Assembly (NCBI GenBank): GCA_905178155.1
Contig: CAJINV010000001.1
Span: 1,849,904 to 1,913,903, forward strand
Reading direction: 5' to 3'
Length of the DNA stretch: 64,000 nucleotides
From: Amoebophrya sp. A120
Lineage: Eukaryota > Protista > Dinoflagellata
Shown: positions 48,301 to 59,629 of the stretch, in pieces
Position numbering within the stretch: position 1 is the first letter of the stretch
Layout of the letters: each line of letters opens with the position of its first letter
The notes under the pieces: generated by a model
Told to the model about the DNA's origin: nothing
The model's database searches: none
Seen by the model: the letters and a program-made list of their open reading frames with translations, nothing else
Translations under genes and position numbers: made by a program

Positions 48301-49957
48301 GCCATAGCGTCGTGGCTAAAAAAAACTATCACACACAAAAAAGCGCAATTTTTGACCTCCCCGGAGAAGAGAAATCAAGGAAGATTCAAAGTGTGAGCAC
48401 TAAAAAAATTAGTGCTTGCGCCATCACCAATTTCTGCCAAAGGTCGTGGCCTTTGATGGCCTAGCCCCTGGAGGCTCCGGATGTCAGGCCTGGCCTTCGA
48501 GCCCCCAGATCCATCTGGGAGCAGGTCTGAGAGACGGGCCCTAGAAAACTCGCTCTTTACCCACCAAACCCACCAACTCCAGACCCGTCGTTAACGAGCA
48601 TGGTGGAGACACGCTTCCACGCCCTCATGGCGCTGGCTGACTGGGCCGCAACGAATGGGGCGGGAGCTCTCGCCGTCCTCAAAAATGTCCGGGATTGTGA
48701 TGGTGGTATTCGGTTGTCGGTGCTCACAGCCTGCAAGTGTCTCAACCTGCAAGCGTCTTGCCAGATCTCTCCTGTTAGCTAGGTAAATGAATCATCACAA
48801 GCGGCCACCAGTTACCTTCTGACATTCATCATTCCAAATCAATCAAAACACTACTGAGGTCTTACCTCGCCGGCGAGAAAAAAAATGAAAAAGCAATGAT
48901 GTTTTTTTGTAAAAAATAAAAAAGTTGTATTTTTGGGTCGAAAAGCGGCCTTTTTGTGATAGTGATAGTTTTTTTCAGCGCGATATACTCCTGCAGCAGA
49001 CGAAGAGGACAGTGAGTTGTGCTGATGCAATATCGCTTGATGTTTCTTGCGCCGCGTTCTCTCGGCAGAAAGGGACCGGCTTTCCACGTCTCGTTTTATC
49101 CCCAGGCTTTTAATAATATCGCCTGGTGCAACAGCACTGGCGCCTGTCGTACTAACTTGTTTCCCTGTCCCTGTCGGGCTTACTTTCGTGCGAACTTCAA
49201 ACTTAAAGTGCGACCAATCAGCCTTGGAGGTCGTGGTGGACGAGGATATGGATGCAGACGAAGCACTTGATGTTCCGCGAGCGGTATAATTAACCGGCTG
49301 CACTTCACGGTCCGATCCGTCGTTGTTCGAAATTTCTGCTCCGACCATGGCAATATCCGGACTTCTGCCGATGAGCTCGTTCTTTCCGAATAATATCGCC
49401 TCCTCCGTCGGGGAGGCCCGTTCTACCATATCGGACGTGCAAGGGCTGTGACCAGGGGGCGGGCCGCTTACCACATCGGGAGAAAAATTACGGTCGACGT
49501 AGTGATCATGCTTCTTGGAAGTAGTTACAGACGAGGTCGATGAGGCAGAAGATGCAGCTCCTGCTCTTTGTTCCGGGATATCTTCATTGTAAAACAGCAT
49601 TTTTGCACCTGGCTCTTGCTGGTGCGACACCGAAAAGTCTTCCGGCGAAAAGTATTGCTCCTCGGGAGTTCCAGTGCCACCTTCAGGTGCGGTAGCGACT
49701 GCATTTTCATCAGAGTGTCGATTTATTCCGTCGGCGAAGATGTTATTTTTGTCACCATCAACTTCGTTGGAAGTGGGTTTTGAGTCATTTTTGCTTCGGA
49801 ACATGGATTTCATCATGAAGTCAATGTCCGCGATGTTCCACGTCCCGGGAACTTCGGTCGGCGAACTCGCGTGCGCCTTCTCTTCCCATTTCCGTCGCGC
49901 GCTCCGCGCTGCTTGCAAAGAATTCAGCTCCATGTTTTTATCTTCCGTGTCCGTCAT
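39314..49957 (-). CDS. Very large low-complexity / coiled-coil protein (multi-exon)
   Basis: ORFs 48851..50059, 45569..47338, 44111..45169 and the 44009-43460 exons chain in frame once inserts are removed (e.g. SPST-ELVGTNAMQRVTRRL-DELTQRL); link to 39314..42457 via ordinary introns is inferred. Confidence 0.65.
40958..41066. mobile_element. Mini-introner (109 bp), in-frame and stop-free
   Basis: IR cccatccacatcca / tggatgtggatggg; DR agtgg; 114 nt with one DR. Confidence 0.85.
43597..43746. mobile_element. Introner family A (same subfamily as 51508, inverted)
   Basis: Perfect DR tccag; frame restored. Confidence 0.93.
43797..44008. mobile_element. Introner, 212-bp family
   Basis: TIR tatccaagaaaaaaacgttgt vs rc tatccaggaaaaaaacattgt; DR tccgt; frame restored. 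Confidence 0.9.
45164..45644. mobile_element. Introner family B containing a nested insertion
   Basis: ~30-bp TIR; DR gacgg; removal gives DFAPS-IQSLEEQ; ~200 bp longer than other B copies. Confidence 0.92.
45214..45409 (-). mobile_element. Nested 196-bp insert, possibly the 3' end of a non-LTR retroelement
   Basis: 8-bp DR ttgtcatg (45206-45213, 45410-45417); minus-strand end tcactcattcattcact microsatellite-like tail. Confidence 0.55.
47414..48985. mobile_element. Long-DR insertion IV (1.57 kb) with TIRs and internal motif array
   Basis: 42-bp DR 47372-47413 / 48986-49027 (2 mismatches); TIR aactatcactatcacaaaa; repeated AAAAACTATCAC in both orientations; ~155-bp internal tandem duplication 47690-47943. 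Confidence 0.85.
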
Positions 49958-50780
49958 TTTATTTCTTGGAAATGAAAGAACTTTATAGTTATGCTCGTCC
50001 ACCTTAAGCTCGTCTATGAAGTTTTTAAGTAATTGCTGTAAACTACAAAAACGAGACACATTTACACTCCAAACTTAAACTACTTGCGGTGCGAGCTTCA
50101 TTTTTTTTTGTACAACTACAAATAAAAGAGAAGAAGAAACTATGACGGTTACAAGACCATAATCGGACACAACGACAACATTTCCGTTTGCATCTCTCGT
50201 TTTTGCGATTGGGCCAAATTTGCGCTCAGAATTCCCAATACATCAGCGGAGCTTTGTTGCATCCAAGAACGCGAACACAGGCATCGATCTTCTCGAGCGC
50301 ATCAGTGGCAATGACACGTAAGGGTGCAGCTTTGGCAGTAGGTTGCTGCGGCTGCCTGCTGCTGCGCAGCTTCGAAGTTCCTCCTTTTTTGCAGATACAG
50401 AGACAGAACAAACGTAAAAAAAATCTGTGCGGGTAGAAGAGTTTCACATCTCAAAATATGTCAGGAGCGAGGTGGGCTGATGTGAAAGAGCTCTACAACT
50501 TTCGGTCTTCTATAAAGGCGAGCGACCAAACGTGTTGCAGTAAGTGTGAGCGGTCGGTCGACTTTCCGTGGCTGGCTATCTTCAACGTTGTGTTCTGCGG
50601 GGGGTTGCAACAGGCCGTCTGGCTCCTGGCTCGTACTGCTCTTCGATCCGGTGCAGTCATAAACAAACCCATCAGGTGAAACACAAACTTAAAATGATTG
50701 CAGTCGTGTCAAAGTGAAAAGATCCATCCGAGCGAGCAGCGGATAAAGTAAAACAAGTGCAGCGCAACAACACCATCAAT

Positions 50781-51941
50781 CTAGTTCGCCAAGACGATTT
50801 TTTGTCTGGTGGTGTACTTAGCGATGCATTCGTTCACGTCGAAGACTCCGTAGGAAAATTTCGACGTATCACACACCGCCTTGTTCGCCGCTGCTGCTTT
50901 TTCCGCGGCCTTTTTCGCTTCCGCGGCCTTTTTCTCCGCCTCACGCTCCTCCTTCTGACGCTGCTTTTCCTGCTCCTTCTCCAGCTTCTTCTTCGTCTTC
51001 TCGTCCAGGGCCCGCTTCTCGGACGGATCCAGCTCCTTGTCGTTGTCATCCGCAACGGCGCCCGGGGCCTTGTACATCTTCGCGCCCTTTTCCTTGGCGA
51101 CCAGGGCGGGTTTGGACAGCTTCTCCTCTTCCGCTTCCGAGTCGTCGTCCACGTTCAGATTGCCGTATCGATTCTTGCTGGTTTCAATTTTCGCTTTCCC
51201 CTGCACCTGGTTCTTCTGGGTCCCAAGCTCCGGGAACTTCGTCTTCGTTACTTGACTGTGAACAAGATTTTTTGGTTCGATGCGCGTCATAATTGGAATT
51301 GCAAACGTATATTCAAGAATAAAAATGTTGCCAGCACTCGTCGACTCAAGAAATCTTATCAGAAAAAAGCAAGCGATTTGTTGCTGCAAGAAAAGAACAA
51401 AAAGTAAAAGCAATATGTTGACAAGCAGCATTTCGTCAGTACCCTGGCTGGTTGAAGGGCACCTGGTAGGCTCCGCCAGCGGCGCGCTGTTGCTTCCCAT
51501 CGACCGGTATCCTGTGCAAAAGTACCGTACTCGTAGCAATCGCAGTCATGCATCACAAATCTCCATCCCAAGGCAAAGCAGCATGACAAATTCCATTTGT
51601 CATGCTGAGCTAATTTGCATTGCAATTACTACTAGCACGATGCTTTTGTATTGCATAACCGGCTTGTCGCTCCAGGTTTTGGCTTGCTGGTTGGCGGCAG
51701 CTTCTTCCGCCTTCACCGTGGCGAGGTTGGTGGCGATGCGGGCCTTGGGCGAGACATCCGTGTCCTTCTTGACTTCCTCCTCTTTCCACTCCTTGTTATC
51801 CACCGAAGCCGTCTTCTTCAGCGCGTCCACGGTGGGGGCGGCGCCGGTAACCCCCTCGTTCAAGTTGTTGGCCTTCACGGCGACCTTCTTCTTCTTCTTG
51901 AAGAGGTCGGCCAGAGCGGATCCCTTCTTCGGCTCAGACAT
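50781..51941 (-). CDS. CDV3-like hydrophilic protein (tentative)
   Basis: N-terminal LADLFKKKKK, EWKE, AYQVP, KFPELG, NRYGNL motifs resemble CDV3-family layout; K/E-rich tail. Confidence 0.45.
51508..51657. mobile_element. Introner family A
   Basis: Perfect DR accgg; reverse complement of the 43597 element. Confidence 0.92.
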
Positions 51942-52390
51942 TTTTTTTGATGACTTTTTTTCGGTGTCGATAGCGGTACTGAATCGAAAATTTAAGCTCT
52001 TCTTCTATGTATAGAAATGATGTTCTATCTTCGTAGACGTAACGGCTTGGCTACACAATCTAGTTGCAAGAATACCGCTGATGTGTAGGCTGGGAAGGAA
52101 GGTTGTCGAGATATAATATGTTTACTTTTGCCCGTGTACTAGACTTTATGACTCGACGGCGGAGAAGATTGCGGATCTTCGATCATTTCCAGAATGTGTT
52201 AGAATTCAATTGTTGCTTGCTGATTCTGCAAGAAGTGAGTCTTATGTTCGGAGAACTGATTTCGATCTTCTTGTGCGACTCTAAAAGTAATAAAGTAGTC
52301 ACAACAGGGGAACATTCTCGAAACGTCAGGCCTTTCTGAGGCTCTGACGCCGTGGTTCTTCTGGTTTGCGGAAGACGCAGTGGCATTTCC

Positions 52391-52510
52391 CTTCCGTTTT
52401 ATTTTTTTTTACGAACAACGTTATATATTGAATGAAAGAACTAGAAGCCGCAACAAGAGCTTCCGTTTTGCTTTTTTTTACGAACAACGTTATATATTGA
52501 ATGTGAAGAA
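52391..52510 (+). repeat. ~50-bp intergenic direct duplication
   Basis: cttccgtttt..tttttttacgaacaacgttatatattgaatg at 52391 and 52460. Confidence 0.85.
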
Positions 52511-52740
52511 CCATGTTCATTTTTTGTTCGCTATGAAGTCGTCGATGCATCATTTGAAGACCTCCTCCTGTAGCTATCTAAGTATCAGAGGAAAGCACGG
52601 TAGCTGTAGAGCCAACCCCATCACCAGCTGCAGTCGGAAGGGACGACTGTACTTACCGCAGATCGTAGTTGGTTCCAACAGTTGTATCTTCAGCGTCACC
52701 TCCTGCCGAGGTGGAAGTACCTCCGTATGACGCTTCACTA

Positions 52741-53781
52741 CTAGCACAGCAGGTTTTCGTTGTCCTCGTCCAATGTCCGGGAGACCGATTCGAAAAACTT
52801 CTTCGCCAGCGTGTAGTACTCAAAGGCGTCCTATGCAATACAAATTTCCCGCACATGTACAAAATGCACGACAAATTTTGCTACCTTGGAGCTGTGTCAA
52901 ACTTGTCATGCTGACTAAGATTGAAGGGAAGTTTTGTCATGCAGAAACAGCATTTGTACGTGTACGGGAACTTATTTACTGTGGATACGTCCAAATTTTC
53001 CAAAAACAGCTCGTCCGCTTCGTCCATCGTCACGGGTTCCAACCCGATGTCCGCCGATATCACGTCCAGCGCTTTTTTCAAGTCTTATCGCAAGAAAAAA
53101 CTGTTTCACTGTAAACTTGTAATGCCGAAACTGCATCTCAGAAGTGTTTGTCTTGCTACACATGCAAGACAGGCGACTTTTAGCTGTGTTTTCCCTTAGG
53201 AACCTTGCATGGCAAGTTTTCCCTGTCATGTGTAACGAACTTGTCATGCCAAACTTGCAAAATCCTTACAGTGAAACACTTTTTTCGTACAATAAGTCTG
53301 CTGCTGTTTTCAATGCATTGCCCTGCTGCTCGTACCCCTTTTGGCACAAATCGTGGAAACTTCCCTGATCCAACAATAAAGACTTCAGTTTTTGCAAGAT
53401 CTCCAAAAACTCCTCGTCCGCTTGATCCAGGGCCTCCAGGCCCGCGGTCAACTCCGCCATGGCGTCCGCCATTTCCCGCTCGCACTGGGCCGCAGTCAGC
53501 CCGTTGTGCCCCGGGATGATCGTGTTCCCGTTGACACCCGGTTGGCAGGAAACCATAGCGGACAGCTGGTCCGCGGAGATGGGCGGTGCGTTCACGGAAG
53601 TAGTTGTAGCGTTCGCGGCCGTGGTGATGTCCTGCGGCTCCTGTGCATCTCGTGTTTGCGTATCCTGGTCAATGCCTGCTTCCGGTATAGCCTCAGCATC
53701 GGCACTGGCGTCGACGGGTTGGAGCGGCGCGCCGGTGTAGGTCACTGGGCGATTTCCTTTCTCCTCGGACATGCCGCCCAT
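52741..53781 (-). CDS. Small acidic helical protein, weakly EF-hand-like
   Basis: Three exons join after two introners: KTAAD-LKKALDVISADIGLEPVTMDEADELFLENLD-AFEYYTLAKKFF...LLC*. Confidence 0.7.
52832..52987. mobile_element. Introner, 156-bp family
   Basis: Imperfect TIR (ttcccg..ca.gtacaaa); perfect DR cgtcc. Confidence 0.88.
53086..53294. mobile_element. Introner, 209-bp family
   Basis: TIR gaaaaaa(c/g)tgtttcactgtaa; perfect DR agtct. Confidence 0.9.
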
Positions 53782-55355
53782 AGTGTAGCAAATTCAAAGG
53801 AAAAACAGCAGTGACCCTCGTCGTGCACGACTGGCATGAAACAACAGCAGTTGTAGTTGGTTCTTTCTTTGGTTTTTATCAACGCCGTGGTGGCCGCCCG
53901 AACATAAGTCGTGAGGCAAAGATGGATTTATTACTCTTTTTTTTATCCACACTTGGAGATTTTTGACTAGTACCAACGAGCTAGAGATGTATCTCTTGCA
54001 TCTTTTGTTTCATTATGCAAATGCTTTGCGACTTCATCTTCTGGTCGGTTTTAACATTCGAAAAAACTGGAGACACAGGGTGAAAAAAATGGAGGGAACT
54101 GAGTCTGGAATTCTTGTGGTGAAGCAAAAATTCAAAGTATGACGATGACCTGCATCGTGAGATGAAAAAAAACATCTTCATCTTCTTCATCACGCAAAGC
54201 GATAGGCATCCACCACTACTATGTAAAAATCGCTTTACTGTCCTCCTTGAACAGCAACAGTAATGCAGGTCAAGAACCACGAAGACGAACACGCTTGTCA
54301 CGCATTCTGCTGCAAGTAGGTTTTAGAGTTTTATTTCAAAATTCGTTCCCCACAAAGCGTTTTTTTCGTTCAAGTCAACTGCGTCGTCAAATGCTGCATT
54401 ATCCTATTTGCGTCAATAGTTCAATAAAATTGTCAATATCAAATCGAAATTGTATTTCTTTGATGTAAAACAAGCGCTGTCATTTTCTGCTCCTCGATCA
54501 CGATCTGTTTCTTTCCGTTGCACTTGTCACACGAGCTCGCTGCAGCTGCGGCCGTGTAGTTCTACTTGCACTGCAAGTGCAACTGTGTCCCCTAGTCTTT
54601 TTTGTTCTCCTTGCTCTACTATCGTTAGACGCCTCACCACATCCGTTTTGGCTTTCGGTTGTTCCTCTAATTGGTCATCTCGGAGCGGATGGCGATGGTG
54701 TTCTAGCACACATTCAGAGACAAGGTGGGGCTCGTTGAGTGGCGCGTGCCGCACGGCACGCCCCTCCTTCGAGTTCCACCAGCGATGTATGTTGACTACA
54801 ACATCTTCTATCGGGTAGTGAGTTTCTTTGTTCCTCTCGGTGGTTTCATCGACGTCCGTACTACAACTACACTCATTCTCATTCACCTATGCCTCTTTCT
54901 AAAAATACTTTTTATTCTTCACACGGTCGGCAAAGGCAAACACTTCTCTCGTTTCTCGTGGCCACTGAAATCATTTACGGTGGGGTGGCCATCAAAAATG
55001 TAAACAATAAACAGTTTAGGATAAAGCAGCTTGATGTCAACATGGGAAGGAGGCGGAGACCTGTTCCTCTCACGACTGGTCTGATTTCAGGTTGAGTTGA
55101 TGTTAAAATTTCTGCTATGCTATTGCTGATGAAAAATTTCACGAAGGTAGATGCTGGTGCCGCTGGGTACTTCTTGTTACTTGAGGAGGTTTGGGTTCTT
55201 GGTACAAGGGGGTACAACATAAAAGTTGTGATAGAAGTGAGCTAGAAGGAGTCCTTGATGAAGCGTTTAGCTCAACAAACACAAAGCTTTGTTGAAGCCA
55301 GGCAGAGGACGAAGCACCGTGCACCGACACCATCTTCTTTGTTTGTTGTCCAGTT

Positions 55356-57736
55356 TCACAACTCAAACTGTTTCACGCGCTGGGCAACATCAGCATTTTC
55401 TTGCTGTGCAGAAAATGGCGGAACGCCAGATTTGTTCGGCTCGTCCACTTTCATCCTCTGCATTCCTCCCGTAGTACTGCCTGCCGCAGCATCGGGGTCT
55501 GCTTCTTGCGTAGTCCAGGTTCCCAGCGCTGTGCTCCAGTAGAAGACTTTGTCCCTGCCACTTGCCAACGTTGGCAGCAGCTTTCCCTCGTCTTCCGCGG
55601 CGGTGCCGGTCTTCTGGGAGTACTGCTTCCTGGCCTGCACTTGGATGTAGTGCCGGTCCGTGGGGTCGTCGGCCTTGACCACTAACGCGGTAAGAAAGCC
55701 ACCGTAGCAGCAGCCGGTATCTAAGCCCGTCGCGAACTCTTCCTCCTGCAGTCCGCGGACCGCATCGTGCCCGAACACGACGTGGAGAGGCTTTGGAGCA
55801 GAATCCTGGTCAGTTGTGCTGGTCCCTCCGTTTTCACCCTCGTCCTCGTCGCGGAAGGATTCCACCGATTCGTAGGACGTTTCGGCCACCTCGTCAATCG
55901 TCGAGCCCGGTCCTGGCGTCCACGAGGGTGCGGAGGAGCCCGCGATGGAGAACGTCTGCTGTAAAAGTACGCGCTCCGGCGGCGGGGTCGCGAGAACGGA
56001 GTTGGAGTTGCTGAAATTCTGTTGCTGCTGGTCAAGTACTCCCCTGGAAGTAGAGGGGCCAAACAGGCCTGCGCTGTGATCGACAATACGGGAGGACGAA
56101 GGAGGCCCGATGTGCTGCCGGGCCTTGTTGCTGCTGGCAACCGCGATCGGCGTCTTTGTGTTGTAGAATTTATACGCTACTGACGTGGCAGCTATTTGAT
56201 TCAACTCATTAGAATTGCGATTTGATATCTACATTTGTGCGTCGTTTGGGCTTGTTCGACATACACTACAAGTATTGGAGAAGATCAGAACGAAACTTTT
56301 AATTTATTTCGCACGCAAGCGCAACATGTTATTTTAATACCCCAGACAAACTCCCCGCGTAGCTGGCGCTGTCTGCCGCGGTGCTTGTTGTACTGACACG
56401 TCGGGGCCGTGTCGGATAGTTTTTCACAGTGCAGCTGTCCGCCAATCGGATCGACAGCGCGTCTGCAAGATTCTGCATCCCCGAAGTGTTCGCGGATACC
56501 AAGTTAATATTCCTCGTGGTGTAGTTCGTCGTGCAGCGACTCCAGACGTGCGCCCAGGGAAGAGACTCCGGGCTGGTTTTTTCCAGGGACTGAAAAGCTG
56601 TACCGCTGCTGCTCGAAGATGGTTTGATCACGTCTCCTGAAGTAGGCTCCTGTGTGCCGGCTCTGACATTTTGACCGTTGTTCTGTTCCTGCTGTTCTGC
56701 AGGCACTTGTTCTTTATTTTCTCGCACAGGAACGACATCTCGCATCCACAGTAAGTCGTCGAAGCGTTGGCGGTCCAAGGTAACCCCAGGAACCATACCG
56801 GCGTGCACAACAACCATGCCGAGCCAGGGAAGAAGGATCTGTTGTGTAGTCAAAAACGATTTGCACCTAAACATCAAAGAATCAAAGGCTTTTGATTTTG
56901 TACAATAAACGGCGCATAACCATTAGAACCAAACTTGTACTACCATCAACGGACAGTCTCGAAGCCACTCCACGTCGACGGGCGGAACCTGCGAAACCAG
57001 CTCGGGAAAGCGGTAGTTTTGGATGCTTTCACTGTATTTTCCGCAGCGGTAGTAGGCCGCCAAAAAAGAATCGTCATGATTCCCCCGGACACAGTATCCG
57101 TTCTCGCGCGCGATGCGGATTGCAGCGGGACTGCGCGGGCCTGGAAATCATATGGAAGATGATGTGTGCGATAAAAATTGGGTTTCTACTGCCTGTGCCT
57201 TTGGACCCCTATCGATCCATTTTCGATTCGTATATATTTTTATGCGGCCGCATCGTAACTAAGAGCTGTTAGGAAAATTATGTACTCCTAATACCTTTAT
57301 GCACCAGGTCCCCGACGAAGACGAAGGTGGAATTCGGTGGCGCCTGCCGCAGCAGCTCCTCGACTTCGTCGGCGCAGCCGTGCACATCCCCGATAAATAC
57401 GATGTGGTCACCCACCTCCGCTCGGGTGAGAATCATCCGCTCTACCGGCGGTTTGGGCGTCTTGCTTTTCTGATACACGGGCTTTGATGGTGCCGCCTTT
57501 GCTTTATTGCCTGTTTCGCTTTCTTGAATTGCTACACCAGCCATCTTGTCCGTCCCGCCGGCGGAAGCTGGTTGCTCCGCGCTACTCGCAGCAAACATGT
57601 TGCCACTGCTAGTCGATAGACAGGCGAAGTTGTAGCGCGCTGCTGTCGTGGCTTCCACAAGGATCGCTGATGTAATTGTCGTGAGAAGCAGATGAGTCCT
57701 TGGAAATGAACACGCGGAAGCCGAAGCACCTGCCAA
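55356..57736 (-). CDS. ApaH-like metallophosphoesterase (ALPH / Ppn2-like), multi-exon; ends approximate
   Basis: [22 protein letters not shown] (~57075), [34 protein letters not shown]. Confidence 0.9.
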
Positions 57737-59123
57737 AGATTGAGAACCAACGTCACGACGAAAGCCGGTACTGCTAGCGTTATTTCGCGCACTGCATGTC
57801 GTGTGCAGCTTGCGGAGCCAGTTTCTTTCTTGTACTGCTTCGGGGCTGTACTTCCGATCGCGTCCGCCAGCAGCTGGGTCCTCCTCCTCCGGCTAGTTTG
57901 CGTAATAGAAAACTGGCCGCTTGTTCGAAGAAGATGTACAGCGTGGTGCTAATGCTTATGCTAGTGTAGCGTAGAAGTAGAACAATGAAAGACAAGCTTC
58001 CGACGTTGGTAGATCTGCTGAGGGTAAAAGACGCATTTAAAACTTCTGTAGTCTCATGGTTAAATAATATTTTTCGAAAACACTCTTTGACAAACGCGAC
58101 CGAGCCCCGGTTCTTGCCCACCCAAGCAGAGGGTGGACAAGACTGGAACTCCAGACGCTGCTGTCATACTGTACCTTTCTAGCTGCGGTTTCGCTACAGC
58201 CGGAAGTCGTGCTCGTGCTCGGCTACTGTTGATATACTCTTCCCAAAACAATTGTATACTTTCATTTAAACTAGGTAGAAAAACGTCGACCTAGAACAAG
58301 TCGAATATATTGTAAAAACAGGAGGACCAGGACAACCTTATGCCTGTTCCATATTAATATTCTTGCGATATAATTGCGTTTGTGTCGGTTGCTTTGACCA
58401 GAATACTACGACGTAGAATCTTTACTCTAAACAGGTGGACAACAAGGTCGCCAGACCTAGTATCCACCTACTTCTGATGTGTCGTATTTTTAGTATACGA
58501 GTCGGCTCCTCGTAAAAAAGGTTTTGAAATGACAAAAGAGGGCGATGACTTTAAAAATTCAAAGGGTTGTACTAGTCAGTCTTGACAAAACTGCGGCTGT
58601 ACGTCCGGCCTCCTCGATACAGGAGATCGACGAAAGGAGAAGGACGAGTGGAGCACGAAAAAACCAAGTACTGCGACAAAACAGGTAGTGCGTTTTTGTC
58701 GGCGCGGAGATGTAGTTTTGTTCAAGACAAGAGGTATAGCTTTAGAAGTGGCTTTCTCTTAGTATTAGCGAAGGGTACGCTGGCGCGGCGAAAACGTCAC
58801 CTCCTCCAGAGCTGAATCACGCCGGTTTCCGCCAAATTCTGGTGTAGTTGTGTTTTGAGTCTGTTCCTGTTGCTCCTTCTAGGTCAAGCTCAATAAAGGC
58901 ACTAGGGTTTGTTTCCTTGCTGAAGAATAGAGTAAAGCTGTCCCCCTTCTACAACTGAACCCTAAATAAAACTGTCCCTGTCGCGAGTATCTTTATTTTT
59001 CTCTTACCAATGAATTTTTGGTTTTCTTCTTGTTCTAGATTATCGATAATAGATCCCGGTCGTGGCAGCTTCTTGCACAGAAGAAGACAACTTGGCGGCC
59101 GGGTCAACCTTCTGCCCCGAGTC

Positions 59124-59272
59124 TATGAACTGCAAAAGTATCGTACTCGTATAAATGCATTACAAATTTTCCCAGCATGAGAAATAAAATTTGTAATGCT
59201 GATTTGCCTTGATAAAGAAATTTGTAATGCAAGACCTGCATTTATACGAGTACGATACTTTTGCACAGGATA
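59124..59272. mobile_element. Introner family A
   Basis: Long TIR tgcaaaagtatcgtactcgtataaatgca; perfect DR gagtc. Confidence 0.93.
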
Positions 59273-59323
59273 GAGTCGCAGATCCTGCGACGTCGGACTG
59301 CCGGATCGGGGCGCTCGAGGAGA

Positions 59324-59629
59324 TATGAAGGCCTCAGAAAGGAAATTCTTAAAGTGGAAATAATTTGTGATGCAAGAAATGCGACACCAAAAAGACTGTA
59401 TTGCAGCGGACGCAATGGAGGCCGACTATTGTGCTTCTACCGGTTCAGAATTGGGCTGCTGATCAGCACGAGAGAAGGGCGCTCCTTTGCCCTAACTCGC
59501 ATGACAGACATGCTTTGAGCGCCCGGTAAATTTGTCATGCGCCGACTAGACATGGCGCTTCAACTGGAGTCGTTTTCTTGCATTACAAATTATTTCCACT
59601 TTGAGGATTTCCATTCTGAGGCTTTCATA
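59324..59629. mobile_element. Introner family D
   Basis: TIR tatgaa(g/a)gcctcagaa.ggaaat; perfect DR ggaga. Confidence 0.93.
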
